From: Amphiscolops sp. MND2022
Taxonomy: Eukaryota
Direction of reading: 5' to 3'
Assembly (NCBI GenBank): GCA_964187785.1
Contig: OZ076409.1
Span: 82,028,001 to 82,092,000 of the forward strand
DNA: 64,000 bases
Made by a program: the position numbers and the translations under genes. Below, in pieces: positions 23,400 to 36,927 of this stretch. The notes beneath the pieces are model-generated. The model ran no database searches, was not told where the DNA came from, and saw nothing but the letters and a program-made list of their open reading frames with translations. Position 1 is the stretch's first letter. Every line of letters starts with the position of its first letter.

Positions 23400-24960
23400 A
23401 ACCTAATCGGTAATTGTTCACGGCACTTGGTCATTTGGCTCATTGTCACTTGGCCTAAAGTCATTTGCTTTCAAACATTTAGTCTCTTGTCCCACTGTTT
23501 TAAAACCTTTTGTCTCGGGTCATTGGCTCAAGGTCATTGGGCTCGAAATCATGAAGTTGGAAATGTGTGGCAGAGTTTAGCAAAACTATTATTATAACGT
23601 AGTCAGCTATGTTCACATACCCCTAGTGCCCTAAATATTAGGGCGAAGACAAGCAGAGCGACGTGCCATATGGTCATGTTTCATTGTTTCTTCTTGGCAA
23701 CGGGAGCGACGCGATTGAGTGAAATACCAAAAATGCTAAACATTTCAAAACAATTTTCGTTTGTTATTGTTGTTGATTCTTCAACATTTCGTTGAAAATT
23801 CATTTCAGTTTTGATCCTAGCTAAGTTGTTTGTAGCCATCGCTTGAGTCAGTTTGGACTTGGCTTAACGTTGTGGTCATTTAACGTAATAATTTGAAGCC
23901 AAATAACTGGACAAAAATTGAAGCGAATTGACTTCAGGCCAAGAAACTTTTGACTTTGGTCACTTGGCCCTAATGTTGCCTGGCGCAAAGTCATTTGACC
24001 TAATACTTTTGGTAACTTGGCCTAAAGTCATTTTGCTTGAAATCACTAAGTCGAAAACGCGTGGCAAGTTTTAGTCGAATAATTTAACGTAATCAGCTAT
24101 GCTCCTCTAGCCCTAGTGGCCTAAACGGTAGATCGTAAGTTTGTAGAAAACAGGTTCGTAGAAGTAAGTTTGTAAAAAAAAATCGTAAGATTGTAGAAGT
24201 TTTTCCTACAAAATGGCCGTGGATTTTTCCGACAAACATTGACTTTTATGGCCTGTTTGTAGAACTTTTCAGTTTTGTTTGGGTGGTTTCCCAATTGATA
24301 TAAATGTCATCAATTGAAAAAGGAAACAATTAAACTTGTTGAATTCGTGTGTTGCATAGCGGCGAACTATTTACAATAACGTAGTCAGCTATGCTCACAC
24401 ATACCCCTAGTGCCTTGAATGCAGGAGCGAATCGAAGCGGAGCGACGGACTATTTGGCCATGCATGAACAATGGCTACTTGGCGAAGGAAGTGGAGCGAC
24501 CGAGCCATTCAACAAATAAACCATACAACAAATGCTCTTTTCCCAAGTTTGTAGAATTGTCGGTCAAGTTTGTAGAATTCCAGGCCACGTTTGTTGAATC
24601 GTATAGAAGGTTAGTGAAAAAAAGTCTAAAAACTTACGCACCCACAGTAAGTTTGTAGAATTCTACAAACTTACTATGATCCGCTCTAAATGCAGGAGCG
24701 ACGTGCCATTTGGCCAATCTTCAAAAATGCTACTTGTCGAAGGAAGTGAAGCAATCGAGCCATACAGCAAATATGCTAAAAAATTTGTAACATTTTTCGT
24801 TTGTTAGTGTTGTTGTTTTTCGAAGATTTCGTTTAAAAGTCAGTTCAGGTTTGGTCTTGAACAAACGTTTTCAGCCATTGTTTCAGTTAGAACAGATTTG
24901 GCTTAATTTTGTGATCATTTGGCTAGGAAATTCAAAGCCAAATGAATCGACAAAACAAAA
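23400..24960. repeat. Cluster of nested short interspersed repeats/MITEs
   Basis: ACGTAGTCAGCTATG...CCCCTAGTGCC recurs near 23597, 24087 and 24379, and inverted near 36000. GTCATTTG and TTTGTAGAA subrepeats; 23690-23940 resembles 24730-24970. Confidence 0.55.
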
Positions 24961-25651
24961 TTAGGCCAACCATTTGAACTAGATCCTGGTTCTTTCTTGA
25001 AGATTGATAAGGTGATTGAAGAATTGAATAAATGATTCGATTTCTTGTGATCTTGATCGGGTGTAAAAAAAAGCAAATGGACTCAATCAGAACCCAATCA
25101 CTGAAGTATCGAGCTATATAACAGCTGTTTCAAATACTTTATATAAATAACAAACATACTATTTATATGTATATATATATATACACTACGTTTATGTTCC
25201 AGGTACGTGGTATCAGCTCTGTGTACATACCTTCAGTAGTAGAGTAGTGTCCTAAAAATGCCGTTTCTTTCTATCCTACTTTCGAAACGTCCAGAATCTG
25301 TGATGAAATTTATTAAGCCGGTAGTCCGGGCAAGTGAACAGATTTGTTCTGGGACTAGTTCGTGCGCACGAAACTGCTCGTAAGCCAATTTTGTTCTAAC
25401 TGAAACAATGGCTATAACGTTTGGGCAAAAAAACAGGTGGTGCAGAACTAATTCGGTATTTACTCTACAAGGCCGGAGTCTCCGCTAGCTAATTTTGTAA
25501 GCATTTTCTACGAGTTCCACTTTGTTGCAATTGATAAGGAGCTTGTTGATAGTTCTTTCTAGGTGTCTGCTCGTCGTTTTTGGATATGCAAATCTTTCCA
25601 AGTCAATTTCAGTGATTGATCAATCCAGTTGGGTAGTCATGAGAGCGTTCG

Positions 25652-28600
25652 TGATGTGTATACTGATTTATTTGTCTTTATTTATGTTGCTGTAATTGAT
25701 GTTTGCTTCATTTTAGATGTCGATGCCCCTTTGGTATGTGCCTTCTTGCGAATACAAATTTTTATTGAAACGTGTTTTGATCCGCAAGACAGACGACAAT
25801 TGGTGTCCAGACCAGCAGGCATTTCTAGGTTAGCTTGCTGAAAATCATTGCTGCGAATTCACCGTACAGTTCTATTGGAGATCTTCAAGTCAGTTTGCGT
25901 AAACAACTACGAGAACTCGTCCACGCCTGTCCCGGATTTAGCCTGAACCCAGAGTCCGTGAACAAGTCGAAAGACGTTTACAACTATCTATAGTCAGAAT
26001 ACCTGAAAAATACGAGTATAATCCTGTGCCACGATCTGATTAACAATACTATCACATCCCACAACAATAACAACTACCAACCTCAAAGTTTAGATCAGCT
26101 GTTGGTTTCAAGGAGAAATCTCAAAAACTTTTGCGGCATAGTATATTGTCATCGTACAGAATCACCGAATATCTTTGAAGACCTGTGAAAATTAGACTGC
26201 CCAATTTTCTAGATCTTTAGGCATCTCATTTAGGCAGACTGCCCCTAGATATTTTGAGCAAGTCAGATCAGCGCAGTAAAGTTCACGTTGAGAAATACAG
26301 AGCTTTGCTTCCATCCAGCGATCTCGACTTCAGATCTCTCTGTGTAGTCCTATATTACTACCCGAAATTGAGGAAGATCTTGAAAACAAAAGACACCAAG
26401 CGAAGAACCGCCGAGCAGCGCAGAGAGTCTCAGCGAAAAAGAGAAGACAACTAAAGGTGAGCTTCAAGGGTCTTGGATTCAGAGCTGCTGTTGTTACCTC
26501 ATAAAAACGTTTCGAAATAAAAGTCGGCTTTCAGACTCTTGGACTCAATGCCTCGTTAGTAATTCTTAGCCAATAAGACGCAACTTGGTCGAATCGTGGT
26601 GTTTCGCGGAGAACTAGTCTTCACCAAAATCAATGGGTAAACTGGATTTGAACTTCAAGGAATCCGATAAAGCACTTATGTGGCTCAAAGCGTTCGCGGC
26701 GCGAGCGCGTGATGAAAAAAAGACATCATTGCTACACCTGGAACTAGTGGACCGCCAGCTGTCGTTTTCATCGCAAAAGATTATCAGGTGACTGATTTCT
26801 TCATTAGCCCAATGCTGCCTCGAAGGGCTGATGAAGCTCAAATACCTCGTCGTGCCTAGACACATTGAGCTCATGAAGTTCTTAGACATCCGTAAGGTTC
26901 TCACAAATTACTTTAAGCCTCAAGAGAGAGTGGTGATTGCACAACGCACTTGCTTCCTTCAGTTGTATCATGATGGAGAAGAAGCAGATACCGACTACCT
27001 TGCTAGGCTCCAAGAAGCTGCACGTTTGCCGATCTCAAAACTTCTCCGGATCCTCAATCTGGAATGATTCGAAAACAAAATTTTGCCGGACTACGAGAGA
27101 ATGAATCGAAGCTCAAATTACTTGAGGCACTCAATTTGACTGTGGAAGAACTGCTTCTGCTCATTCAATATGGAACCCAGGCCAAGAAATTTGCTGAGAA
27201 CTTTCAGTCAACTTCAAGTGTAGTTGCATATAAGGAGAAACGTGGCCCCAATGATTGAAAAGATCTGATTCGCCGCCAGAAACCAGAGCAGGTTGAACGA
27301 TGTGGACGAAAGCTATTCCACCCACTTCATGAGCTCCCTGCTAAGGACGTAAAGTGCCACAATTGTTCGAAGCAAAGACACTACTGCATTATGATCATGG
27401 CTAAAAACAGGAAGCTTCGCGAACTAAGGGAAAAACCTAACAAAAACAAATGCATCAGTGTACCGTACTTGTGAAGAACGAGAATTCGAAGGGTCTTCCT
27501 CATTTGAAGAAACCATATTTTTGCAGAACGAATCTCGACTGAAGAAAAAGTCCATCACATTAGAAGCAAAATTGAATTTCATAGTATGAGGTTAAATGGT
27601 CGTGCCGATCGAATGCAGAACGATACTGGTTCTTCAGTGACCATTATCCTAACAAAAATTCAGCCAAGAATTGGCTCTCCAGACTCGAGCTCTGTAACCC
27701 GATGGATTGAAGCGTACGATGGACACATAATGCGGATCTTTGGTATCTAAAGAGTGAGATCCCATGGCAAAAGAAAAGACGATGCAGATATCGAGTCTGA
27801 GAAAGATTTCGGATTGATCGGCAGAGACTGACTCGAGTCGATCACATTCACAACGCGTCATAATCTAATGAAAAAGTCTTGCCTGCCCTTAAAGGATTTA
27901 AGGCCACGATCAAACTGAAGCCTGACGTAAAACCTGTTTTTTTTTGTCGCGCTCGGACAGTTTCACTGGTCTCGCAAGCCCAGGTCAAGATTGAATTGGC
28001 GAAATTTCAAGCACAAGGAATGATTACCCCAGGAGGTGTCATGAGTGCCTCGCCAGTCGTGTGGCAAAGGATAAAAGACGGATATATTGGGCTTTGTGCA
28101 GCCTTCAACGTTCATGTGAACGTTAAGATCATGACTGAAGACTTCCCTCCCGGCAAATCGAAAGATTCTTTCACGAGCTGGAAGGATCAAAGTTTTATGT
28201 CAAGATTGACATATCATCTGCTTATCACCAAATAATGCTGGATGATACAGCGCAAGATTTCTGTTTGATCAACACAACGCTGGGGCTGCTCAAGTTAGTC
28301 AGACTACCTCAAAGAATTAAAAACGCATCCAGAATGTTCTAGCGAGCAATCGAGAACACTCTCAAAGGATTGGTTGGAACAATCTGTTTTCAGGACGACG
28401 TACTGGTACGCGGAAGAACAGAACGTCAATGTGAGAAGCCTTGAAGAGCAGTTCAGGATCGCTTGAACGACAAGGGGTTCACCATTAAAGAAATCAAGTC
28501 TGGAAATATCATGGAGAAAATCAGTTTTCCTGGTTTCACTATTTCAGGACGCGTGATTGAGTCCAATGATTGCCTAGTAAATGAAGTCAAGACAAGGAAG

Positions 28601-30435
28601 TCTGAGGTAGCGTCGAAACCTGTTGTTCAGCCCTATTCTCGGAAAAAGCAAGAAACGATCACAACTGATGCATTTGAGAAAGCTATTCGCGGAGTCCTGT
28701 CTCAACAGGGGCACCCTGTGCTTTATGTATCAAGGACAGTGTATCAAGCTGAGCAAACGTACTCAGCAAAACATACCTTGGGCGTGAAGCCTTAGCGACC
28801 GGTTTTGTGGTAAAAGCCTGGAAGCAGTTTTCACTTGGCCGGAAAGTCAAGCTCGAAACTGATTATCGTCCCTGGAGTTTATTTTGGTCCTCAACAAGGA
28901 ACTTCCGGAAACCGTATCAGCAAGAGCCACAAGATGGGCAATTTCGCTCATGGCCTTCGAATATGAGATTAAATAGAAAGAAGCTTCTTGGAATCCACAT
29001 GCAGACGCCTTCAATAGATTGAATTTCGATCAGGATGACGACTAATGCAATCTAATTGACTACTTAGGTCCCAATCTTGATGAAGTCACTTTGCGGAGCA
29101 TAAACACATTCCAATCGAAGAGTTGAGGAGTGAATGTAAACGTGACGAATTGGCGAAGCGGAATATCAGGCGCGTAATCGATGGCGATTGGGAAGCACAT
29201 ACTCAAGCAGAAATTATCTTCAAGAAAGTATCTGGTTTCCTCACAGTCGAGAACGGGCTGCTATACACTGGAACAAGAACTTACATTTCACTGGGAATGC
29301 GGAACATCGTCATTGAACGAGCTCATGATACGCATCCTGGTGTCCAGACGACTAAGAACAAGGTGAAACTAATGTCTTGGTGGCCTGGCGCCGGAAAAAA
29401 TGATAAAAAGTTCAAAATGGCCTGCTCTGAATGTGCGAAAGTTCGACCACGAACTGAGAAATCGGTCGATCATTGGTCAGATGCAGAGTCATCGGAGAGA
29501 CTACACATGGAGAGGGCTTTCATTCAAGATATAGGCGTTATTCTTATTTTGTAGACGCTAGTTTTGGTTGGATGGAAGCGTTCATATGCGGCGATCGCCA
29601 CACGGAAAAAGTCTTACAATGCCTGTTGCTATTTTTGGGAGTTTTCGGGTGCCGCACACATTAGGTTCTGACATTGCTGAAGAATTTATCAACAACAAAG
29701 TTGTCACGTGGTTACAGGCTCAAAGTTGCACCAAATTAGAGAGTCCAATCTACAATCCAAGGAGTAATGGATTTGCCGAACGGGCAGTGCTGACTATACA
29801 GAAAGCGATGAGGGCATGGAACTTGCCTCTTCGGGTCAGTTTTCATGCATTTCTGCAACGAGTTCTGTTCACATTACGTAACACTTCTTCTGTGAGACTC
29901 CCTCGGAAGCTCTGCTTGGAAAGAAGATGCGACTACCTGTTGTCATCAATTATCCCATCGGAGAGCGTGTGTTCATTCGTGCTGGACCTCACGCTGCTAC
30001 TTTTCCTGCAATGTATGTCCGTCGAAAGGGCAATAAAACAAAGTGGCTCACTCAAAAATTCAGATGGGTTCGAGAGAACAATTCTAGCAAGTACTAGGCA
30101 AATTGCTTCTTTTCCCAGTCCAACTACTGTTGCGCCTGATCTAGTGACGGCTAGATCAACTACAAATGTTGCTACGATCACAGGACTGGCGTAAAAAATT
30201 TCGACCTGAGTTCCTAGCAGAGACACATCTTTGGTTGTAGAGTCTTCTACTACTCCCGAGGGCACAATTTGGAAGTCTGCACATGTCAGGTAACCAATCC
30301 CGAGATTCAATGAGTACATTTGCAGGTAGCCGTGAGAATTTTTGGAAGTAGGATGAAGTGTATAGTGATTTATTTTACTTTTTTATACGTTGCGGTAATT
30401 GATGTTTGCTTCATTTTAGATATCGATGTCCTTCT
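25652..30435 (+). mobile_element. Decayed Ty3/Gypsy element (Mag-like), 3' LTR running into the gap
   Basis: Similar LTR starts TGATGTGTATACTGATT (25652) and TGAAGTGTATAGTGATT (30354, after purine tract GGAAGTAGGA). gag from about 26633 with a CHNC knuckle remnant, protease DTGSSVTII near 27620, RT FQDD near 28390, integrase AHDTHPG...WWPG...CSEC and PRSNGFAERAV. Many stops and frameshifts. Confidence 0.88.
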
Positions 30436-30635
30436 NNNNNNNNNNNNNNNNNNNNNNNNNNNNNNNNNNNNNNNNNNNNNNNNNNNNNNNNNNNNNNNNN
30501 NNNNNNNNNNNNNNNNNNNNNNNNNNNNNNNNNNNNNNNNNNNNNNNNNNNNNNNNNNNNNNNNNNNNNNNNNNNNNNNNNNNNNNNNNNNNNNNNNNNN
30601 NNNNNNNNNNNNNNNNNNNNNNNNNNNNNNNNNNN
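30436..30635. other. Assembly gap (200 N)
   Basis: Run of N. Confidence 1.
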
Positions 30636-30849
30636 GACATCTTGCTGTTTTTATTTCGTACACTTTTGATTTCTCAAAAACTTTTTGAATCGTGTAACAT
30701 TACTCTCGAGGAGGTTAGCAAAACGGTCTTGAAAAGGCAAAACGACTTACATATACTCCAATTTCGCTTCGCTCTCTCGATTGTTTTAGTAGTATGATCC
30801 CGGTAATTGAGCTGGCTATCAATAATTACCCTGAGAGTCTTTGTTTATA

Positions 30850-33830
30850 TTTGAACTTGACATATATCACCATTGCATGACTTGAATTCGTGGTCATTTC
30901 TCTCGCAGTTGAAAAGGATTGGTTCAGTTTTTCCTCCGTTCACTAACTTTTTCCAATCTACACATTACTTCTCGATGTCGGAACAAGTTTTTCGAAGGAT
31001 GGCAGGTAACTCTGACGGATCTTAGCCGGTGACAATGACAGAACTATCGTCTGCAAACTTGAATTTCTGTGCTTAATTACTGAGGAAGTCGTTTAGGAAG
31101 ATGATGAAGTGCAATGGCGACAACACATTTGCCTGTAGAACGCTAATGTTAATCTGGAACTTCGGAGAATGGTATCAATTCAAATCGATGGAAGTGACTG
31201 TCATGCCAGCGTGATGACACTTTAGAACTATGTAATATTTGTAATGTACATATAAGTTAGATACACTTACTTATGGGCAGTTTGAATCCACATATTAAGA
31301 TACATGGTTGTGGGCAACCCTACGCTGTATATTTAGTCATCCGTACCCTGAGTGTTGATTTTACATACATATTTATTATTACTACAAACCTGAGCACCTG
31401 TTCGCGCGTAGTTTATTCATATAAAAGGTGCTAGTGATCAGATAAGCGCAGTCATCAGTGCTTATACCCATCCATACTCTGTGAGGAAAAAAAGATGATT
31501 TCATGATCAATTCACCACCTTGATAAAAAAGGCATGGAAAACCTGGGCAACAAGGTCAATGCCTCTTAGACCGAAGGGCCCTGCCATTTCATCCATAATT
31601 CATCGCGCATCACTTATTGAACCAAAACCTATCATTCACCAATTTTCTCATATCGTCCATCTTACCTTCATCACAAGTGCTATTTACTATCGTGAATCCC
31701 GCAAGGAATAATCTAGTGCTTTGCTGTCATACCAATTCACTCTCAGTGACGTATCGAGATCAGACTTCATCGTTTGTGCTAGTCTGCTGCAGTAAGATGC
31801 CTTACTATTGAAGTTGGTGACTTGGAGCGAGGTGACAATCGTCACCTCGCCGTACCAGTCTATGATGAAGTGAAAGGTGCGATGATTGAGTCCAGTTACC
31901 CGTTGGTGACAAAATTGAAGAGTACACTCAAATCAGAACAACCCAGATGGCGCTCATTAACTAACCTACTACCCTTACGAATAGTTGCTTCTTACATTGA
32001 TCTCGACTCTTATTTACTCTCTCTCTCTCAGTACTAATTTCAATCTTTGAACAATAACAAATTTTTCCCAATTGTTCGAGTGTAATAATTCTTCTCGTAG
32101 ACTTAGAAGTGGAAAAATCCTCGATAATTCTCGCTCTACTAAAAATCCATCTGAAAATCATCCAAATTTGGATTCTGAACTAAACATCATCGTAAGCGCA
32201 GACTCAGCTTCGAATTCATATGAAACTCAACAAAACGGAGTTAATACAAATTCGCAGACAGAAATGAATGGTCAATTTGCAAACTTACAAGCTGAAATGA
32301 ACAAAATTAAAGGGTTACTATCGACGGTAACCCAGCAGTTTATCTCTCGCTCAGAGCAAGCAAACGCATTTCGACACTGACTCAGGTTTTTAAGAACAAT
32401 TTAATTATCCGATACATTTCGCCAGAAATATTGTGTTCTAACTGTTTAAAGAGAAAACCGTCCACCCACACGCTATCGAAAACCGTTTCGAGGTCAATGT
32501 TTAGCAGAGCTGTCGGCAAACGAGAACGTTTGGCATTTTCGAGCATTAAATGTAGTCTGTAGAGCAATCGAGTGGTGTTTTTTTTCGATCTGAAACCCCC
32601 CTGTTTGTTCCCAAGCAGTCTTGAGATCGAGATGTGATTTGATTCTAATTGTAAGTATTCTATTCAGCGTCTTGCCGATATGACTGGAGATTGAGAGTGA
32701 TGGATATGAAATGCAATAATCATATCTCTTTTTGTTTGGTTTGCGTATGAAGACGACTCGTGACTCCCTCCATGGCCACACATGATATTCCCAGCTAGCA
32801 TTGAAAATAGTCAGCAGAGAAAAGAGTGCTTTAGTACCCGACTTCTTCATCATTGTCACTTGGAGACCATCAATATCAAAAGATTTAGTGTTGCTTGATT
32901 TCAAAATGGCATTCTTTAATTCATCGATAGTAGTTTCATCTCAAAATACTTCATTATCATGGTCAGGATCATCCGCAAGAAACACGATAGTTGCTGAATA
33001 GTCCGTTCCATCTACTTATCAAGTACTCATAGCATGCTTACACCGTGTATCCTTTCATTGCACCTCTGTTTTAAAAACACTATTATTGAAAATTATCAAT
33101 AGGTTTTTCATCAACCATCAACCGTCAAAAGGTTTTTATAAGTTTTTGTTTCTGGCAACTGACAGTTCCAATACAGTTCCCGCAGTATGTCTGAATGTCC
33201 AGAAAGGTTGATTCCAAATTTATTAGTAATAACGTCAGTTTGCAATTTCATATGCGGGAGCCCGCACATTAATTCTGCTGCCAACTTGTCTATTTCGTAT
33301 TTGTACTCAGGAAAAGTTTGAGCGCGGTTTATTGGAATCAGCTAAGTGCTTCAATGTGTTTCCTGACCCACACAGGGGCCGCGTATAGGATCTAGATGTT
33401 TGTGAAGCTTTATGAGCGTTTCTGGCTTGAGACGCCAACTAGAGCGGCAATACTTTTCCAATGTGCTCAGCTCTTCTGCAACTTTCTTTTATACCTGCTG
33501 TAGATGTTTGTTGAAATTCATTTTGTTGTTCACAACCAAACCGAGTCTTTCGTGTTTCTGGTGACCTTGCAGGCCTCTCCAAAAACTTTGGGGCATGTGT
33601 GTTCTCACAGTTGAAGTAGATTAGTGACGTCTTGTCACCATTGACTGCGATCCTCCAAATTTTGCACCATTGTTCCAATTGTTAGAGAGTAATTTGACAG
33701 TTCAGATAGACTTGAGTTCCAGTGTCTCCTGTCACCAAGATGTTTCCATCGTCCGTGTATTCAAATTTTTTACAATTGAGACTTTTGAACGTGTCGGAAA
33801 CGAAGAAAGCGAACAGAAGTGGTGATTCAT
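30850..33830 (-). mobile_element. Decayed LINE reverse transcriptase fragments, interrupted by a solo LTR
   Basis: Minus-strand motifs FIRKPNK, IDLETVFDSVW, QANVLSPLHFIIFLND and KFADDS. A second RT fragment near 33440-33830 (SPLLFAFFVSD, YTDDGNI). Confidence 0.75.
31199..32376 (+). mobile_element. Solo LTR (1178 bp) with a gag-like N-terminal ORF at its 3' end
   Basis: TGTCA...CGACA termini and 5-bp TSD GTGAC/CTGAC (1 mismatch). Removing it rejoins the LINE RT frame (IIKLFLKT*VTSIDLN). ORF 32072-32380 (RRLRSGK, coiled coil) runs to the LTR end. Confidence 0.75.
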
Positions 33831-35771
33831 ATAGTGTATTTAATGATTCATATACTGTGAATTGGGCTGCCTCATAATTACCAGCAGCAGGAAAGCGAGT
33901 TAGCAGCAGCAGAAAAGAGAGTTAGATCGACGACTGCGTTCCATTTGCACTAAATTAGACGAAGGTAGTGTTAAGACCAGAATCAGAATGGCAGTAGGCG
34001 ACGACAAGATTGCAGATTTCATGGTCGACAACTACGCTGCCCTCAAGCTGAAACATCCGCAGAGGGAAACTTGCTCTGTTTCGCACCCCACAGATATCGG
34101 TTGTTTTTCATCCTCGGAAATTTTCGTCCACTAGGCTCTCATGTCCTTCCCCAACGGCTCTAGTGCAGGGTTGGATGGCATGTCGCCCCAACTTTTGAAA
34201 GATTTGACTGCCAAGTCGAACAGGCAAACTGGACTGAATTCTCTCAGAGCTCTAACAATACTTGTGAATGTGATTCTCGTAGGAAAAGTACCTTTCGAAC
34301 TTCGGCCGTACTTCTTTGTTGCGAAACTAATTGCGATAAAAAAGCCTGATTGGGGGACTTCGTCCTATCGCTGTATGCAACACTTTCCGCCGGTTGTCCG
34401 CAAAATGTGCCGAATACCATGTCTTCAAATCACGTCAAGCAAGATATGGAAATCGACAAGTAGGTGTAGGCACCAGAAGGAGCGCTGAATTGTCATCACA
34501 TGTTATCTATCGTTTGATAGAAAGCCCCCAGCCCACCAAAGAAAACGTAATTTTGAAAATTGACTTTGAAAACGTTTTTAATTCTATAAACCGACAATTC
34601 ATGCTAGAGAATGTTTTTAAATACATCCTGAATTTTATAAGTACTCACACTCGGCGTACAGTCAGGTCAGCCAAGTTTTCTTTTACGGTGATTCAGTTAT
34701 CAAATCTTGTGAAGAACCCAGCAAGGAGATCCTGAGCTCCAGCTTTGTTTTTTGGATTTCATACAGGATCTGATTGACAGTTTGGAGTCGAAAATAAACT
34801 TATGGTAACTTGACGATGGAAATTTATGTGATGACTACAGAACCGTTTTGAAAGATCTCAAAAAATTGTTGAAGCGCAAAAAAGCACTGGGACTCTAAAT
34901 TAAACTGACGATTTGCGAATGTTTTCCTTGGTGACATCACTTAAAAATGATGATCGACAATTGTAGCAAATTTCCAAAAACTTTGCCCCGGGATCAAAAC
35001 ACCAAAAACAGATGAACTTATCATTCTTTGTTCACTGCTCGGCCCGAAATCACAAGCAGACTTATTGGAAAAGAAAATGAATAAACTGGAAAAATTAATG
35101 GAAATTTTGAAAAACTAGATGCGCACTATGGCTTTTTATGTTAAAAATTGCTTCAGTCTGCCAAAGTTGTTGTACTTCCTGAGAACCAGTATATGTCCTC
35201 ATCATCCAGTTCTCTTGGAAAATTATGACAAAACCGTTCGCGACTGGCTTTCCAAAGTGTGTAACGTGATCTTCTACGATATTTCGAGGACTCAGCTGGC
35301 TCTGCACGCTGAGTTGGGTGGTCTTGGGGTTTCATCCGCAATATTATAAGCACTTCCCGCCTTTCTGGCCTCAGCTTTTGGTGCGAGTGACTTTCTCACG
35401 ACGATTTTCTTGGAAACATTCGAAGATGCTTCGTTTACAAAAGCGCTTGAGAAATGGTTGAGTTTGACGAATGAACAGGAAAATCCTCTCGATGGACTAT
35501 TGTTGAATATTCTTGATTTGATTTCTAGAATGGATGACAAACGTTCGAAAGTTTTTCAACGCTCATCAAGGCAAGTTCGGGTCTCAATGGCTCAACGTCG
35601 TTCCTTGCAAGAACATAGGCCAGAAACTTGATGATCAGCAGCTTCGGATTTCAATTGGTTTGCGTCTCGGGGCCAACATCTTTGTTGCGCTTACGTGCCA
35701 CTGTGGTAAAAGAGTTGAACGGGACGGTCTTTCTTGCACCAAGAGTGCTGGTCGCTTCGCACGTCATGCTA

Positions 35772-36114
35772 GAGTCATGGTTTTTTCGTCAGCAGCCATT
35801 TGGGCGACAATATGGCGTCGGTCACATGGGCGACAAAAGTGTCGACCAAATGGGTTGATCAAATTGATCAATTAACTGATATAATTAAAGAGGTTAGCAT
35901 ATTTGTTGTATGGCTCGGTCGCTTCGCTCCCTTCGCCAAGTAGCAACATTGAGGCATGGCCATTGGGCACGTCGCTCCGCTTCGCTTCGCTCCTGCATTT
36001 AGGGCACTAGGGGTATGTGAACATATTCAACGGGACTTTTGGGCGACATTATTTTCGCCGAAATGGGTAGAAATTTTTGTCGCCCAAATGGCTGGTGACG
36101 AAATGTCCCTACCT
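35772..36114. mobile_element. MULE-like MITE with a 9-bp TSD
   Basis: TSD GTCATGCTA at 35763-35771 and 36115-36123; inverted arms CAGCCATTTGGGCGACAA and TTGTCGCCCAAATGGCTG. Confidence 0.75.
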
Positions 36115-36421
36115 GTCATGCTACTCTCAATTCTCTCATAAAGCAGACTTTGGGATCTCTCGACTTGCCTTCAGTGCTCGAACCGCGTGGACTGTACCGA
36201 ACTGATGGCAAACGCGCAGACGGTGTTACCATGATTCCTTTGGAAATGGGTAAACGGCTTTTGTGGGAAGTCACGGTTGTGGATGCTCTTGCACCCAGCT
36301 GTCTGAATCAAGCTCTTTATGCAACCCGAGAACCACCACAACCGAGGCTGAAACGCGTAAACTTGAGAAATATCGCGAATTAATAAACAATGGATACATT
36401 TTTCAACCGGTGGCCTTGGAA

Positions 36422-36927
36422 GGATGCTGGACGTTTCGGCGAGAACATGGCGGTGGACGTTTTGGCAAAAATATATGCCGCAACGTCTCAGGCTAAAAAC
36501 ATTTGCCGAAACGTTTCGTATGATATGTGGGGTATACCCGGTGTATGCACGCTCGCCCTCACCGTCACAAAGACCAGCTCTCACTACGATCGCTTCGCGG
36601 TCTCCGTTTCTGCTAGGTCTTTGCTCCTTTCTGTTCGACCTCGCTTAGCAAGATGGGAATATAAGCGGCCCCAAGGGGCCGCGGGGCACTAGAGGAAATA
36701 GGGACATATCCGAGGCACGTTTTATGCTTTGCATCATTCCTACATTAATGGTCTTATCGTTTTTCCTCAATTCCAGAATTCTACAAACTGGTATTCTACA
36801 AACCGGACCCAGTTTGTAGAAAATCAAAATCAAAACCAAGATAATACGGGACGTTTCGGCATGAAAAATTTGCCGAAATGTCTCGAGTTTTTTTTGCCGA
36901 AACGTCTTTGACGAAACGTCCTGTTCC
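36422..36927. mobile_element. MITE inserted in the CRE-like element
   Basis: Flanks CCTTGGAA/CCGTGGAA (8 bp, 1 mismatch); inverted GGACGTTTCG/CGAAACGTCC modules. Confidence 0.65.

Noticed and set aside
30320..30797. ORFs containing X runs
   Set aside because: Artefacts of the N gap.
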